DNA of 64,000 bases, taken from Pelagomonas calceolata. Its lineage: Eukaryota. The first letter of the stretch is position 1. Each line of letters opens with the position of its first letter. Made by a program: the position numbers and the translations under genes. The DNA lies in assembly GCA_918797485.1 (NCBI GenBank), contig CAKKNE010000001.1:3968001-4032000 (forward strand). Reading direction: 5' to 3'. Positions 49,131-59,561 of this stretch are shown here, one piece after another. The notes beneath the pieces are model-generated. The model saw only the letters and a list, made by a program, of their open reading frames with translations. It was not told the origin of the DNA and did no database searches.

Positions 49131-52100
49131 ATGGAGCACCCCCGCCCGGCGCCGACGGGCGCGCCGCAAAGGACGGACGTCAAACCGACCGCGCCACAAA
49201 AAACAATAATAGAGCGCCTCCACGACTCCGTCCCCGTCCTCCTCCCCGACTCGAAACTCCGGAACTACTGGGACGCGCTCATGTTCGTCGTCATCTTCTA
49301 CAACTGCAACCTGACGCCCGTGTCCATCACGGCGCCGCCGGCGGCCGACATTTTCAGGAGGTTGCGGCGCGTCGACTTCGCGATCGATGTGTTGTTTCTC
49401 GTGGACACGCTGCTCGGCTTCTGCTGCGCGTTCCACGACCCCCACACGAAGGAGCTCGTGGCCCAGCGCAAGGGCATCCGCGACGCGTATCTCCAATCGG
49501 CGCGCTTGAAGCTGAATCTGTTGGCCGTCAGTCCGTTGTTGACGTTACCGAACCCGCTGTCGTCGCTCTTTGGGGGCGGCGCGTGCAAGGTGCTGTTTAA
49601 AGGTTCATCAAAAAGAATCTCGAGGAAGACCTGCCTCAAGGCGGCTAGATTGACGCGGTCCTCCCGAATCTTCCTCTTCTTCGCGCAGCTCGAGGCCGTG
49701 CGCAAAATCCTCGAAGATCAGAAGCTCCTGGTCATGAACGGCGCGGCCTTCCGCATGCTCCAGATTATTGTCTCGTTGATCTTCATGTGTTCGTTCTGCG
49801 GGGGCTTCTACTTCTTCCTCGCTTGTAATGATCCGTCGCCCGACAAGCAACCGAAGTGCGGCTACGGCACGTCGACGACCTGGGTCGGCGCGGACGCCGT
49901 CTTTCAGTCCGGAAGAACGTCCTGGGACGCGATTATCGCAAGGGCCTTCCACTTCTGCGTGCAGACGCTGTTCACGATTGGGTATGGAGACAGCGTCGCG
50001 CCCGTCTCGGAGGTCGAGCTGAAGTTCGCCGTCGCGCTCATGCTCGCCGGCGCCGTCGTCTACGCTTTGGTGATTGCGAACATGACGTCGGTGCTGGCCA
50101 ACGCCAATGTATTATATGCGCGCCACGTCGACGAGCTCGCGGCCGTGACGCAGGTGGTAGATGATCGGGACCTGCCCGAGGGCCTGCGGCAGCGTATCAA
50201 ATTGGAATTCGAGTACGTCTGGGCGAAGCAGTTCGGCGTGCCGGACCGCCACTTGCTACGGGGGCTGCCCGCGGCGCTCCGAGACGAGCTCGCCGCGCCC
50301 GTCGTGGACCACCTGACGAAGGTGCCGTTTTTTGATCCTAATCATAGAAACGGCTCCGACGCGCTCGCGCGGGCCGTGGCCCGTGGTTGTAAAATTCGCG
50401 TCTACGTGCCGCGCTCTACCATATTCGCCGCGCGCGAGCGGCGGCGCGAGCTGGTTATCGTACGGGCGGGCGCGGCCTACGTGTTCCGGGATGGAAGGAG
50501 ACGGCCGTCGGCGGTGCTGCGGGAGGGCGACTTCGTGGGAGACGTCCAGTTTTTATTTGACGCGCGGCACCCCGTCTCCGTCCGGACGGGCGCCCAGGTC
50601 TGCGAGGTGTTTGTGTGGACCCCCGACGTGCTGGGGGACGAAGTTATCAGGGAGGACGCCGCGCCCGTGAGGGCCACGCTGGAAGCGTACCAACGACGCC
50701 TCGAGGCCTGGAGCCGCGGCCGCGTCGACGAGGCCTCGCTGCAGCACGCGCGGCCGACGCTGGTCCAGCAGGCGCCGTCGACGAAGCGCCGATATCAAAT
50801 AGGTACCTACGACCACATCCGAGGCGCCTGGGAGCCGTGCCTCTTCGCCGCCGTCTTCTTCTCCTTTCTCGTGGTCCCGTTACGTTCGGTACTGTACTGC
50901 ACGGACTGGCGGTCGCGGGCCTTCGATCCGACTCTGGTAATAGAGTACGCCTTAGATGTCGTGTTTTTGATGGATATGTATTTGCGGTTGTATCACATGG
51001 AGGCGCCGGAGGTTTACAAAAACTCGGTCCGGTTCAAGGTTGATGTGGTTGCGAATGTACCTTATGTCATACTGGCGCCGCTATTGAACCACCCCCAGCG
51101 GTACGCTATGTTACGGTATCCGCACCTGCTCCGAGGTTTTAACCTTAAGACCTACCTTATTCAGATACGAGACTACCTCGAGGTGAAGCACTCGATTATG
51201 ATCAGGGACAAGACCATCACGATCTTCCAGCGGACCTACGAGACGGTCTTCCTCATCCACGGCATGGCGTGCTTCTGGGCCATTCTTAAATCACACGGAC
51301 GCGACGGAAGGACCTTCTCCAGCTCCTACGTCCGGTCCGTGTATTACGCGTTGGTCATGTCGACCACGGTCGGTTATGGGGACGTGGCCCCCACAACGGT
51401 CTCGGAGACGTGGTTCGCCGTCGTCGCCGGCGCCGTCGGCGCGACGTGCTTCGCGGGCGTTGTTGCAAATATTACGTCCTTCGTGCACAGCGTGGACATC
51501 TCCGAGGACAACCTCGCGCACAAGCGCTGCGTGTTGAAAACGTTCTGCGAGGAGCGGAACCTGTCGCCCTCCCTCAAGGATGACGTCAAGCAGTACTTGG
51601 ACTACGTGGAACACGAAAAGGGCGGGCTGGACGACCTGAAGCTCATCAACCAAAGTTTGTCGGACCACACGCGGGACGACGTCGCTTTATACATGGCGCA
51701 TAGACCGATCCTGGCCTGTCCGGTCTTCCGCGGGCTCGAGGGCGGGTTCATACGACGCATCACGCTCGAGTTAGTCTCGCATTTCTACTCGCGCGGGACG
51801 CAGGTCGTGCGCCAAAACCAGGGAAGTGACGGCGCCTTCTTCATCGCGTGCGGGGACGTCGATATTTCCATAGACGACGACACGATCGCCGCGCTCGCGT
51901 CGCCCGGATGCGTCGCCGAGGGGGCCTTACTCTCGGACAGTAACATGCCCTACGCCGCGACGTGCGCGTCGTACTGCGAGCTGTGGTTCCTCTCCCGCCT
52001 AAGATTCGACGCGACGCTGGAGTCGTACCCCGACGCGCGCGCCGAAATTACGAAGACGCTCCCGAAGCGCGTCAAGACGTACAAGAAACGGTCGAAGCGC

Positions 52101-55100
52101 ACGATCTCGCGGCCGACGGGCCTCGTCGTGAACCCGGTCGTCGTCTCGCGCGTGGCCCAGTCGCGGCTGCCGCGGGGCGTCGTCCACCCGGATAGGATCT
52201 TCATGAAGGCCTGGGCCTTCCTGCTGCTGTTTTTTGTGGTGTGGAACGTCTTCTGGGTGCCGTTCCGCGCGTGCTTTACGCGGGGCGTCGCGTTCGATGC
52301 CAATTTGGTGGGGTTATTCGTCGTGGATTATCTGGGCGACGCCGTGTTCCTTACGGACATTGTTCTGCGGAGCTGCTGCGTCGCGTTCTATGAGGGCGAC
52401 GCGCTGATCACGCGGCGGCGCCGGATCTGGGAGAACTACGCGTCTTTATACAGACACGTGTTTGCCTCGTTGCCGTTTGACGTACTCTACTTTATATCAG
52501 GGAAGTCGCCCCTGCAGACCCTCGCTCTATGGCGACTCCCGAAATTAGTACGTTTGATGGATGCGCCGGCGCTGTCGAAGCGATGCGAGGACATTTTGCA
52601 GGAGAGCGGCGTGCGCGTCAACAAGAATGTGGTCCGGCTCGGGCGGCTCGTGGGCGCCGTCGTCGTCACGGCCCACCTCTTCGGGTCGGCCTTTTACGCG
52701 CTCGCGTCGCTCCAGAGCGACGCGTGCGCCCGCTACGCGTCGAATGATGCCGACGTCTATTGTCGGACCTGGGCCATGGCCCACCCCTTCGACCAACAAG
52801 GCTTCTGGCCGCCGAACCTGTTGGACGTAAGGTGGAGGAGCCACATCACTTTTGAAAACCCGCTCCGGTTAAATACGTCGACACCGATCGCCTTCGGCGC
52901 CTGGGGCGCGCGGCGGCCGCACGAGCTCAGACTCACGGATACGATAATCCGGAGGCGCTACGTGAACGCGCTGTACTGGGGCTGCGCGACGATCACGACG
53001 GTTGGGTACGGCGACGTCGCGCCGTCCTCCTTATACGAGGTCGGCTTCGCCATCGCGTGCATCGTCGTCGCGGTCGTCGTGTACACGCTGGTGATCGCGA
53101 ACTTGGAGGACATCGTGGCCAACCTGGACGTCACATCTACTCTCTACGCGCTGAAGCGCGAGAAGGTCAAGCAGTGGTGCCTGCGGAGTTCGTTGCCAGG
53201 CAAGCTGTCGACGCAGGTCGCGGACTACTACGACAAGCTCTGGGCCCAGCAGAAGGGCGTCAAGGGGACGGCGGTGCTGGCGATGCTGCCCGAAAACCTC
53301 CGGAGCCGCGTCGCGCTCGAGTTGTGTGGAGACGCCCTACGATCGATACCGTGCTGCCGCGGGCGCGCGCTCGAGGACCTCGCGCTGAAATTGCGATTGG
53401 ACCTCTACGCGCCGGGGTCCTACCTGTTCCGCGCGGGCGAGTGCGCCGCGCGCCTGTTCGTCGTCGCGGCCGGGGGCGTCGCGCTCGAAGACGACGACGG
53501 CGCCGTCCTCCATACGATCGAAAGGGGCCTCGTGGGCGAGGCCGAGTTCCTGCTGCGCCGGATCCACGAGGTCGCCTGTATCTCCACTGATTACGCGCAG
53601 ATCTTCGATTTGAGTTATGGGGATCTCATGGCGGTGCTGCGGTTCCACAAAAAGTGGGACGAATTTAGGGCGTATTGCGTGGCACACGAAAATACCATAT
53701 CAGGGAAGAGCGTCGGCGACGGTCGCGGGATCCGCGCGACGGACTTTCACGTCCGGAGCGCCGAGAAGCGGCGGTCGCGCGACGCGTCCGGATCATGCGT
53801 CGCCCACCCGGCGTCGCGCTTCAAGCGGCTCTGGGTCGTCGCGTGCCTGGGGCTCAGCCTCTACTCGCTGGTGAGCGCGCCGTTCGGCGTCGGGTTTGCG
53901 AGGCGGTACTCCCGGACGACCTGCGCGATGGACGCCATCTTATTTGTCTTCTTCTCTATCGATTTGGGTTTGAACCTCGCGGTCTTCGCCGTGAAGCGCC
54001 AGGGCAAGGTCATTCTAGAAAGAAAGGTCTTCCGAGACTTATACGTGAGGACCGACTTCGTGTATGATCTCGTCTCGCTCCTGCCGCTGTCGTTAATTGT
54101 AGCACTATCGACCCCGGACGTCTTCGCCAAGAAGGCCTACGATCCGACGATCCACGCCCTGCGGCTCGTGCAGGCGTTGCGAGCAAGGCGCCTGCCGGCG
54201 TACGTCGACGGCGCCGCCGCGTACCTCGAGGAGCGGTGGCAGCTCAACCTCTCGGGCGACATGACCTACCTCATCTTGCTGTGCGCGTCGGTGTTGCTGA
54301 TGTGCCACTGGCTCGCGTGCGCGCTCGCGTACCTCGGACGGTACGAGCTCTGGCGCGCCAAGGCATCGGATCAATTCGCGTTCTGGTCCCTTGGAAATTC
54401 TAAACATGACCGGGCGTGGCGCTGGTACGCCGACGAGGGCCTCGGGTGCCGCGAGTACGGTCGGGAGAAGCGCAAGCACGCCGCGAACGTCTGGGTCTGC
54501 GAGGCGTACCCCCCGAACCCGGCCCTGCGCATCGCCGACGCCTCCATGTATGATCGGTGGCTCGTGGCCTTCTACTGGGCCGTCTACACGTGCAGCACGG
54601 TGGGCTTCGGGGGCGTGTCCCTCAACTCGAACGCCGAAAAGCTCCTCGCGTGCCTCGGCATGGTCTTGGGGGCGGTCGTCTGCGACGCGGGCATCGCGGC
54701 GGTCCTGACGGCCGTCGTGGAGCACAAGGACCACCAGCACGGCACGAACCGGCGGCGGCGGGAGTGTGGGAGGCGCATGATGGCCGCGGCGCGCGTGCCC
54801 ATGGAAGCGCGAATGAGGGTAGCGGCCTACTTTGACTATGTGGATGACGACCTCCATAATCTAGATGATGCGACGGTCCTCGACGAGCTGAACGTGGCGC
54901 TGCGCCGGGGTATTCTGCGGCACGCGGCCCATGCCAAATTATGCGACTCGCTCGTGCACGGCGGTTTGGAAGCCGGCGTCGTGGCGTCCATGGTCCACGA
55001 CATGCGGCCCGTCGTCGCGGCGCCCGGCGAGCGCATCCTCGAGGCCGGCCAGCCGGACCCCGCGGCCTACGTCTTCGCGGCCGGCCGCGCGCACGCGGTC

Positions 55101-56054
55101 GACGACCGCGGCCACGAAGAATATCTAAGCGTGGGCGCGATCCTCTCAAATAATGAATTTCGGCAGGTGGCGAAGCGCGTCGGCGTGCCGACGCGGCGCG
55201 TCACGTTCCACATCGAGCGGTGCCGCGGCCTGCCGCCCCAGGCGTCTTTGTTATCTCGCGCCGCGGGCGCGTCGGCCTGCGACCCCTTCGTCGAGGTCAC
55301 GGTGGTCTCGAAGACCGTCTTCGGCCAGTCCGTCAAGACCTGCCGCACGCGAGTCCGGCGCTTCTCGACGGACCCCCTCTACGACGAGACCTTCTCCCTC
55401 AAAGCCTACCACCAGACGCGGACGGCCCTGGTGACCGTCTACAACTGGGCGCGGGGCGTCGAGGGCCGGCGACTGGGCCAGGTCGAGGTCGAGGTCCAGG
55501 AGCCGCGGAACCGGCGGCCGCGGTGGCACCGGCTGCGCGACGCGCGCGGGCGGCGCGTCGGCGACGTGCGCCTGCGCGTGGCGTGCGACCCGCTGGGGGA
55601 GGCGGAGGTCTCGAAGACGGCCGAGGTGACCGTCGTGGCCGACGGCTTCTGCCACCTGTACGAGCTGTCCTTCGAGGCGCAGGCCAACGTCAAGCGGTAC
55701 ATCCGCGGCCTGCGGCTGACGCTCGCGAAGCGCCTGGAGACGCTGGACGACGCGCCCGCGGTCGACTGGCGGCCCGCCGCCGGCGCCCTGGACGCCCTGG
55801 CCCCGGACCCGGACCTCCGGCCGGGCGGCGCGCCCGCGCGCGGCTTCGAGGCCTACGCGTCCGAGGCGTTCGCGCGGCGGCCGTCGCCGGTGGGCCTGCC
55901 GTCGTCGCGGCGCAACTCGTTCGGGGACCGCGCGACCACCCGGGCGCCCTCGGTGTCGTTCGACCACCGCCGGTCGCGGCACTCGTCGGCGCAGAGCCTG
56001 CGGCGGCAGTCGTCGCGGCTCCACCACGCGGGGCGGGTCTCCCCCGTCTCCTAG
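49131..56054 (+). CDS. Four-repeat cyclic-nucleotide-binding K+ channel (CNGK/tetraKCNG-like) with C2 domain
   Basis: Four 6TM+cNBD units with pore loops TIGYGD, TVGYGD, TVGYGD, TVGFGG; C2 motifs CRGLP...DPFVEV...RTRV...DPLYDETF near the C-terminus. Confidence 0.85.
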   Translation: MEHPRPAPTGAPQRTDVKPTAPQKTIIERLHDSVPVLLPDSKLRNYWDALMFVVIFYNCNLTPVSITAPPAADIFRRLRRVDFAIDVLFLVDTLLGFCCAFHDPHTKELVAQRKGIRDAYLQSARLKLNLLAVSPLLTLPNPLSSLFGGGACKVLFKGSSKRISRKTCLKAARLTRSSRIFLFFAQLEAVRKILEDQKLLVMNGAAFRMLQIIVSLIFMCSFCGGFYFFLACNDPSPDKQPKCGYGTSTTWVGADAVFQSGRTSWDAIIARAFHFCVQTLFTIGYGDSVAPVSEVELKFAVALMLAGAVVYALVIANMTSVLANANVLYARHVDELAAVTQVVDDRDLPEGLRQRIKLEFEYVWAKQFGVPDRHLLRGLPAALRDELAAPVVDHLTKVPFFDPNHRNGSDALARAVARGCKIRVYVPRSTIFAARERRRELVIVRAGAAYVFRDGRRRPSAVLREGDFVGDVQFLFDARHPVSVRTGAQVCEVFVWTPDVLGDEVIREDAAPVRATLEAYQRRLEAWSRGRVDEASLQHARPTLVQQAPSTKRRYQIGTYDHIRGAWEPCLFAAVFFSFLVVPLRSVLYCTDWRSRAFDPTLVIEYALDVVFLMDMYLRLYHMEAPEVYKNSVRFKVDVVANVPYVILAPLLNHPQRYAMLRYPHLLRGFNLKTYLIQIRDYLEVKHSIMIRDKTITIFQRTYETVFLIHGMACFWAILKSHGRDGRTFSSSYVRSVYYALVMSTTVGYGDVAPTTVSETWFAVVAGAVGATCFAGVVANITSFVHSVDISEDNLAHKRCVLKTFCEERNLSPSLKDDVKQYLDYVEHEKGGLDDLKLINQSLSDHTRDDVALYMAHRPILACPVFRGLEGGFIRRITLELVSHFYSRGTQVVRQNQGSDGAFFIACGDVDISIDDDTIAALASPGCVAEGALLSDSNMPYAATCASYCELWFLSRLRFDATLESYPDARAEITKTLPKRVKTYKKRSKRTISRPTGLVVNPVVVSRVAQSRLPRGVVHPDRIFMKAWAFLLLFFVVWNVFWVPFRACFTRGVAFDANLVGLFVVDYLGDAVFLTDIVLRSCCVAFYEGDALITRRRRIWENYASLYRHVFASLPFDVLYFISGKSPLQTLALWRLPKLVRLMDAPALSKRCEDILQESGVRVNKNVVRLGRLVGAVVVTAHLFGSAFYALASLQSDACARYASNDADVYCRTWAMAHPFDQQGFWPPNLLDVRWRSHITFENPLRLNTSTPIAFGAWGARRPHELRLTDTIIRRRYVNALYWGCATITTVGYGDVAPSSLYEVGFAIACIVVAVVVYTLVIANLEDIVANLDVTSTLYALKREKVKQWCLRSSLPGKLSTQVADYYDKLWAQQKGVKGTAVLAMLPENLRSRVALELCGDALRSIPCCRGRALEDLALKLRLDLYAPGSYLFRAGECAARLFVVAAGGVALEDDDGAVLHTIERGLVGEAEFLLRRIHEVACISTDYAQIFDLSYGDLMAVLRFHKKWDEFRAYCVAHENTISGKSVGDGRGIRATDFHVRSAEKRRSRDASGSCVAHPASRFKRLWVVACLGLSLYSLVSAPFGVGFARRYSRTTCAMDAILFVFFSIDLGLNLAVFAVKRQGKVILERKVFRDLYVRTDFVYDLVSLLPLSLIVALSTPDVFAKKAYDPTIHALRLVQALRARRLPAYVDGAAAYLEERWQLNLSGDMTYLILLCASVLLMCHWLACALAYLGRYELWRAKASDQFAFWSLGNSKHDRAWRWYADEGLGCREYGREKRKHAANVWVCEAYPPNPALRIADASMYDRWLVAFYWAVYTCSTVGFGGVSLNSNAEKLLACLGMVLGAVVCDAGIAAVLTAVVEHKDHQHGTNRRRRECGRRMMAAARVPMEARMRVAAYFDYVDDDLHNLDDATVLDELNVALRRGILRHAAHAKLCDSLVHGGLEAGVVASMVHDMRPVVAAPGERILEAGQPDPAAYVFAAGRAHAVDDRGHEEYLSVGAILSNNEFRQVAKRVGVPTRRVTFHIERCRGLPPQASLLSRAAGASACDPFVEVTVVSKTVFGQSVKTCRTRVRRFSTDPLYDETFSLKAYHQTRTALVTVYNWARGVEGRRLGQVEVEVQEPRNRRPRWHRLRDARGRRVGDVRLRVACDPLGEAEVSKTAEVTVVADGFCHLYELSFEAQANVKRYIRGLRLTLAKRLETLDDAPAVDWRPAAGALDALAPDPDLRPGGAPARGFEAYASEAFARRPSPVGLPSSRRNSFGDRATTRAPSVSFDHRRSRHSSAQSLRRQSSRLHHAGRVSPVS

Positions 56055-56104
56055 TTGTCGTCCCGTCTTGTTGTGGGGCGTGGTAATGATTACTCATGTA
56101 CCTC

Positions 56105-57452
56105 CTAGCTTCCGTTCTTCGCGGGCGGGCACCAGTAGGGGCCGAGGCCGTAATTCTCCATGCCGCTCGTGTCCCACTTGGGCCGCTCGGGGCAGGCCCA
56201 CGCGTCGCTCGCGTACGGTGCAATTTCTCGCCGCCACCGCAGGCCCCGCAGACCGAAAAAGAGCTGGAGCGCGCCGCCGACGTAGATCGCGGTCGCGCCG
56301 AGCCCGTGTGTGATGTAGTTTCCCAGGGGCAGGCCATACGATCCGCAGCTTAGCAACGCGACGTCGAACTGATACGCGGCGACGCGTTTCTCCAGCTCTT
56401 CGAGCGACCGCGTCCAGTTGCCCTGGGCCGCGCGGCCGCGGTAGGTCACTGGCGACGCGACGACGAGCAGGTGCATGTTGGGGGGCAGCAGCTCCGTGGC
56501 GCCAAACCACGACACGCCGTCGGTCCGGTACCGCTCGTACTGTCTTGCTACGTCTCGCGCCATCGAAGTCACGACCAGCACGCGTTTGCCGGCGAGGGCT
56601 TGCGGCCACGGTACGACGTCACGCATCTCCGCGAGGCGGAACGGGTCGAGGACCTCTGCCTCGAAGACGTTCCTGTCGGAGCCGGCGTCCCCTTTGGACC
56701 GCTCGACCTGTGCGCAAATCAACCGGTGGGCCGCGGAGAAGCGCCGCGACCTGTGGTTTTATGCACTGCGCTCGACGAGCTCCCCGTCAGGTCTAAAGTT
56801 CCCCCGTTGCAGCAGCAACTCGTCTTGTTCCCGGTAAGCGTAGCCACTGCCATGACACAGGGGCGCGAAGTTCTTCCACCTCGCAACCGCCCCTGCGCCC
56901 GCGACGGCCTCGAGGTAGCGCCGTGCAAAGTTCGCAAATGCCGGATCGCCGCGACGCGTGTAGCCTCGCGCGTTCTCTGGGACGATGCCGTTGTTGACCT
57001 GTGTGGAAATCAACCAGTGTGTCGGGTGCACCGACAATTCTTCACTAAGTCATTTCTCGGCGATGACGCGGCCGACCTGGCTCGGTCGAGCGGCGAGGAA
57101 CCGGCATTGCCACGCCATCGAGCACGCGTCGCGTCGATGGCGTGGAGGACGACGCGATGATTCAGCACGAACTGCGCCGTAAAATTTTGATTTCCACACA
57201 GTTGTTGACGTGCGCGATGGCCAGTACACGAGGCTTGGACCGCCGGCCAAGCATGGCGTCGTACGCGATCTGCGTCTCCGCGCCGTTCAGGCCCGTTCGT
57301 ATGACGTGCGTGGGACGACTGGCATCGCGTATTATTTCCGTGAGGCGACGGTTCGCGATCGCGATCGCTCGCTGCTTCGCGGCGGGCGTGTCGTACGTAG
57401 CCGCGTCGCGACATGTTGCGCTCGCGGTCGCGACGACGAGTACCCGCCACAT
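56105..57452 (-). CDS. Secreted glycosylation-associated (GT-D-like) hypothetical protein, three exons (introns 56999-57209 and 56708-56776)
   Basis: Three ORF pieces join in frame (AIAH-VNNGIVP; DGEL-VERSKG); C-terminal FDVALLSCGSYGLPL...GGALQLFFGLRGLRW. Confidence 0.7.
56708..56768 (-). mobile_element. Degenerate introner remnant (61 bp)
   Basis: Perfect 8-bp TSD CGCTCGAC (56700-56707, 56769-56776); TIR-like CTGTGCGCAAATCAACC. Confidence 0.78.
56999..57201 (-). mobile_element. Intact introner element (203 bp)
   Basis: Perfect 15-bp TIR CTGTGTGGAAATCAA; 8-bp TSD TTGTTGAC (56991-56998, 57202-57209); roughly 90% identical by eye to 59956-60158. Confidence 0.93.
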
Positions 57453-57636
57453 ATTAGTTATGCGAGCGCTCGTATCGCAGGCTGCGTGATTAGCGGCTCG
57501 GCCTCGGGAATAGTTGATTGCTTCATCACCGCCTTGTGTGGTGGATAATCTGAATTACGATAATGGTAATGACCTCGCGCTTCACGCGCGAAGTGAAACT
57601 CTCGCGCAGGACTATGCCGAGATGACAGATATCACT

Positions 57637-57661
57637 TGCTAGTGTCTTACCGGCCGCTAGC
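57637..57661 (-). promoter_or_regulatory. Two-CTAG element copy (GCTAGCGGCCGGTAAGACACTAGCA)
   Basis: Between divergent genes 57452(-) and 57814(+). Confidence 0.7.
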
Positions 57662-57813
57662 TACCAAGTCGCGGCGTATATGATAGGCGCGGCCGCTGAG
57701 CTCTTACTTAACGAAGCCTCGAAGCGCCAAGCTATCGCTGTAGCCTAAATCCTGAGTAAAACCAAGTAAGCAAAAAGGACCAGTGGTCAAAATCTCCCGG
57801 GCGACCACCGACC

Positions 57814-58302
57814 ATGCGTCTGGTCGTCCTCGTCCTCGTCGGCCTGGCCGCCGCGAAGGAGCGAAAGAGAGGCTACCTGAGAGGAGTCGGGAACATCTTT
57901 AGGAACAAGGCGTCGACGCAGCGGAACCGCGCCCTCAAGCACCTCGCGAAGCTGGACAGAGAAGTCGCGGCGATGAAGTCGGAACGTGCCCGGGATCGCA
58001 AGATCCAGGAGCGGGAGGGCCGCCACGCGGCGGACGAGGCCGCCGGCGAACGCGCGGACGAGGAGGAGAATCAGGAGGCGGATCATACGGATCGGCGGCG
58101 GCTCAGCGTCTTCTCGGCTTCCGCGCGGCGGAAGCGCGCGGCCGGCCACCTCCGACAGGTGGAGAAGAAACATTCCCACGACCCTCACCCGGGCGTTACG
58201 GGGGAATTGGAGTATGACCACCCCGTCTCGTACGCGGTCGCCGTCGCGAAGAAACACGCAGAGGAGGCGGCCGCGCCGGCGCTGCAGCTGCGCGACGCCT
58301 GA
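57814..58302 (+). CDS. Small signal-peptide-bearing charged protein
   Basis: ACCATG start; MRLVVLVLVGLAAA. Confidence 0.6.
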   Translation: MRLVVLVLVGLAAAKERKRGYLRGVGNIFRNKASTQRNRALKHLAKLDREVAAMKSERARDRKIQEREGRHAADEAAGERADEEENQEADHTDRRRLSVFSASARRKRAAGHLRQVEKKHSHDPHPGVTGELEYDHPVSYAVAVAKKHAEEAAAPALQLRDA

Positions 58303-58437
58303 TGGAAATCCCCCGAGTAATATCTGTGTCTACGTTGCGAGAAGCGGTTCCCGCTCCGCCCACTAGTTCTAGCACCGTAACATCGACGAGCTCCCTGCGT
58401 CTTCGCGGCGCGGCGCGGTCAGATATAAATAAATACA

Positions 58438-59499
58438 CTAACATTCACTACTACTACACCCGGCGTACGACCCGACCAGCGCCCCCTTCCGCAGCGAGTA
58501 CATCCCCGCCGCCGCGACGTCGCGGCACAGCGCCGCCGCGTCGCCGCGCAGCGCCGCGCAGGCGCCCCGCCGTAGCGCCTCGGAGCCAAATTTCGCGGTC
58601 CTGAACATCAACCCGTCGATGCAGGCCCATGTCGCGTCGCCCAGCGTCGCGCAGAACCGCGCGCCCTGCGCGCCGACGTCGGTGTGCATCTTGTTCTTGA
58701 GGAACGCCGTCGCCGCGCCGTAGACGCAGGCCTTGTACGTCTTCTTCGACGTACATATATTTTTCATGGTCTCCTCGACGGCGGCGGTGCGGTTGCGCGC
58801 GCCCGAGGCCCTCGACCGCAGCCCGAAGTAGTAGCAGGCCGCGCGCGTCTTCGGCGGGACGCGTTCGCACTTGGCGCGCACGTCCCGCTTGCGCCCGAAG
58901 AACGTCGACGCGGTCTCCATGACCACGCCCCCAGCGCAGTAGTGCGCGACGGAGTAGTCCGGGGCCGCGGCGCAGCCCCGCAGCGCGTCCTCCTCGCTCT
59001 GCAGCAGCGCGAGGGCGTGGCCGACGGCGTGGGCGCACTCGCCCGCGCCCACGACCCGAGTCATCGCCGGTCGGGCGCAGAGCTCCGCGATATCCGGCGG
59101 CGCCCCGCGGGCCGCGGCGTACGCGCCCACGGCGCCGTGGAGGCACCCCCCGGTGCAGCGGTACTCGCAGACCCCGAGGGCGGCGTCGAGGGCCGCGTCG
59201 GGCGAGGCGCGCGTCTTCCGCTCGTCGGCGAAGATCTCCCGGCCCAGCTGGTGGGCCTGCGAGTGGCACGTCGGGTGCCGGAACTGCTCCAACTTGAGCC
59301 GGTCGAGCGGGCTCGCCGACGGCGGCGACTTCGGCCGGCCGTGCGCCGTCGTCGCGTGCTGCTTGCGCCAGCCGGCGTCCTTGCGCGCGTAGACCTCGGG
59401 CGCCGGCGGCGTGCGCTCGGGCGCCTCCACACTCGTGTCGAGCCAGGGGACGTCGGCGGCGCCGCAGACGGCGAGGAGGCTCACGACCGAGAGGCGCAT
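58438..59499 (-). CDS. Secreted Cys/His-rich repeat protein
   Basis: Signal peptide; CHSQAHQLG, CTGGCLHG, CAHAVGH, CAGG, CYYFG, CVYG, CIDG. Confidence 0.75.
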   Translation of the reverse strand: MRLSVVSLLAVCGAADVPWLDTSVEAPERTPPAPEVYARKDAGWRKQHATTAHGRPKSPPSASPLDRLKLEQFRHPTCHSQAHQLGREIFADERKTRASPDAALDAALGVCEYRCTGGCLHGAVGAYAAARGAPPDIAELCARPAMTRVVGAGECAHAVGHALALLQSEEDALRGCAAAPDYSVAHYCAGGVVMETASTFFGRKRDVRAKCERVPPKTRAACYYFGLRSRASGARNRTAAVEETMKNICTSKKTYKACVYGAATAFLKNKMHTDVGAQGARFCATLGDATWACIDGLMFRTAKFGSEALRRGACAALRGDAAALCRDVAAAGMYSLRKGALVGSYAGCSSSEC

Positions 59500-59561
59500 G
59501 GCTCTGCAGACGTGTCAGTAGGCCAGTAAGTTTGCGGTTGTGTGGCAAGCGCTCTGAGAGA

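Noticed and set aside
48699..49496. Apparent head-to-head overlap of the 1070-aa (-) and 2386-aa (+) ORFs
   Set aside because: The extensions use non-ATG or upstream starts; credible ATGs (48698 with a signal peptide, and 49131) leave a normal gap containing the promoter element.
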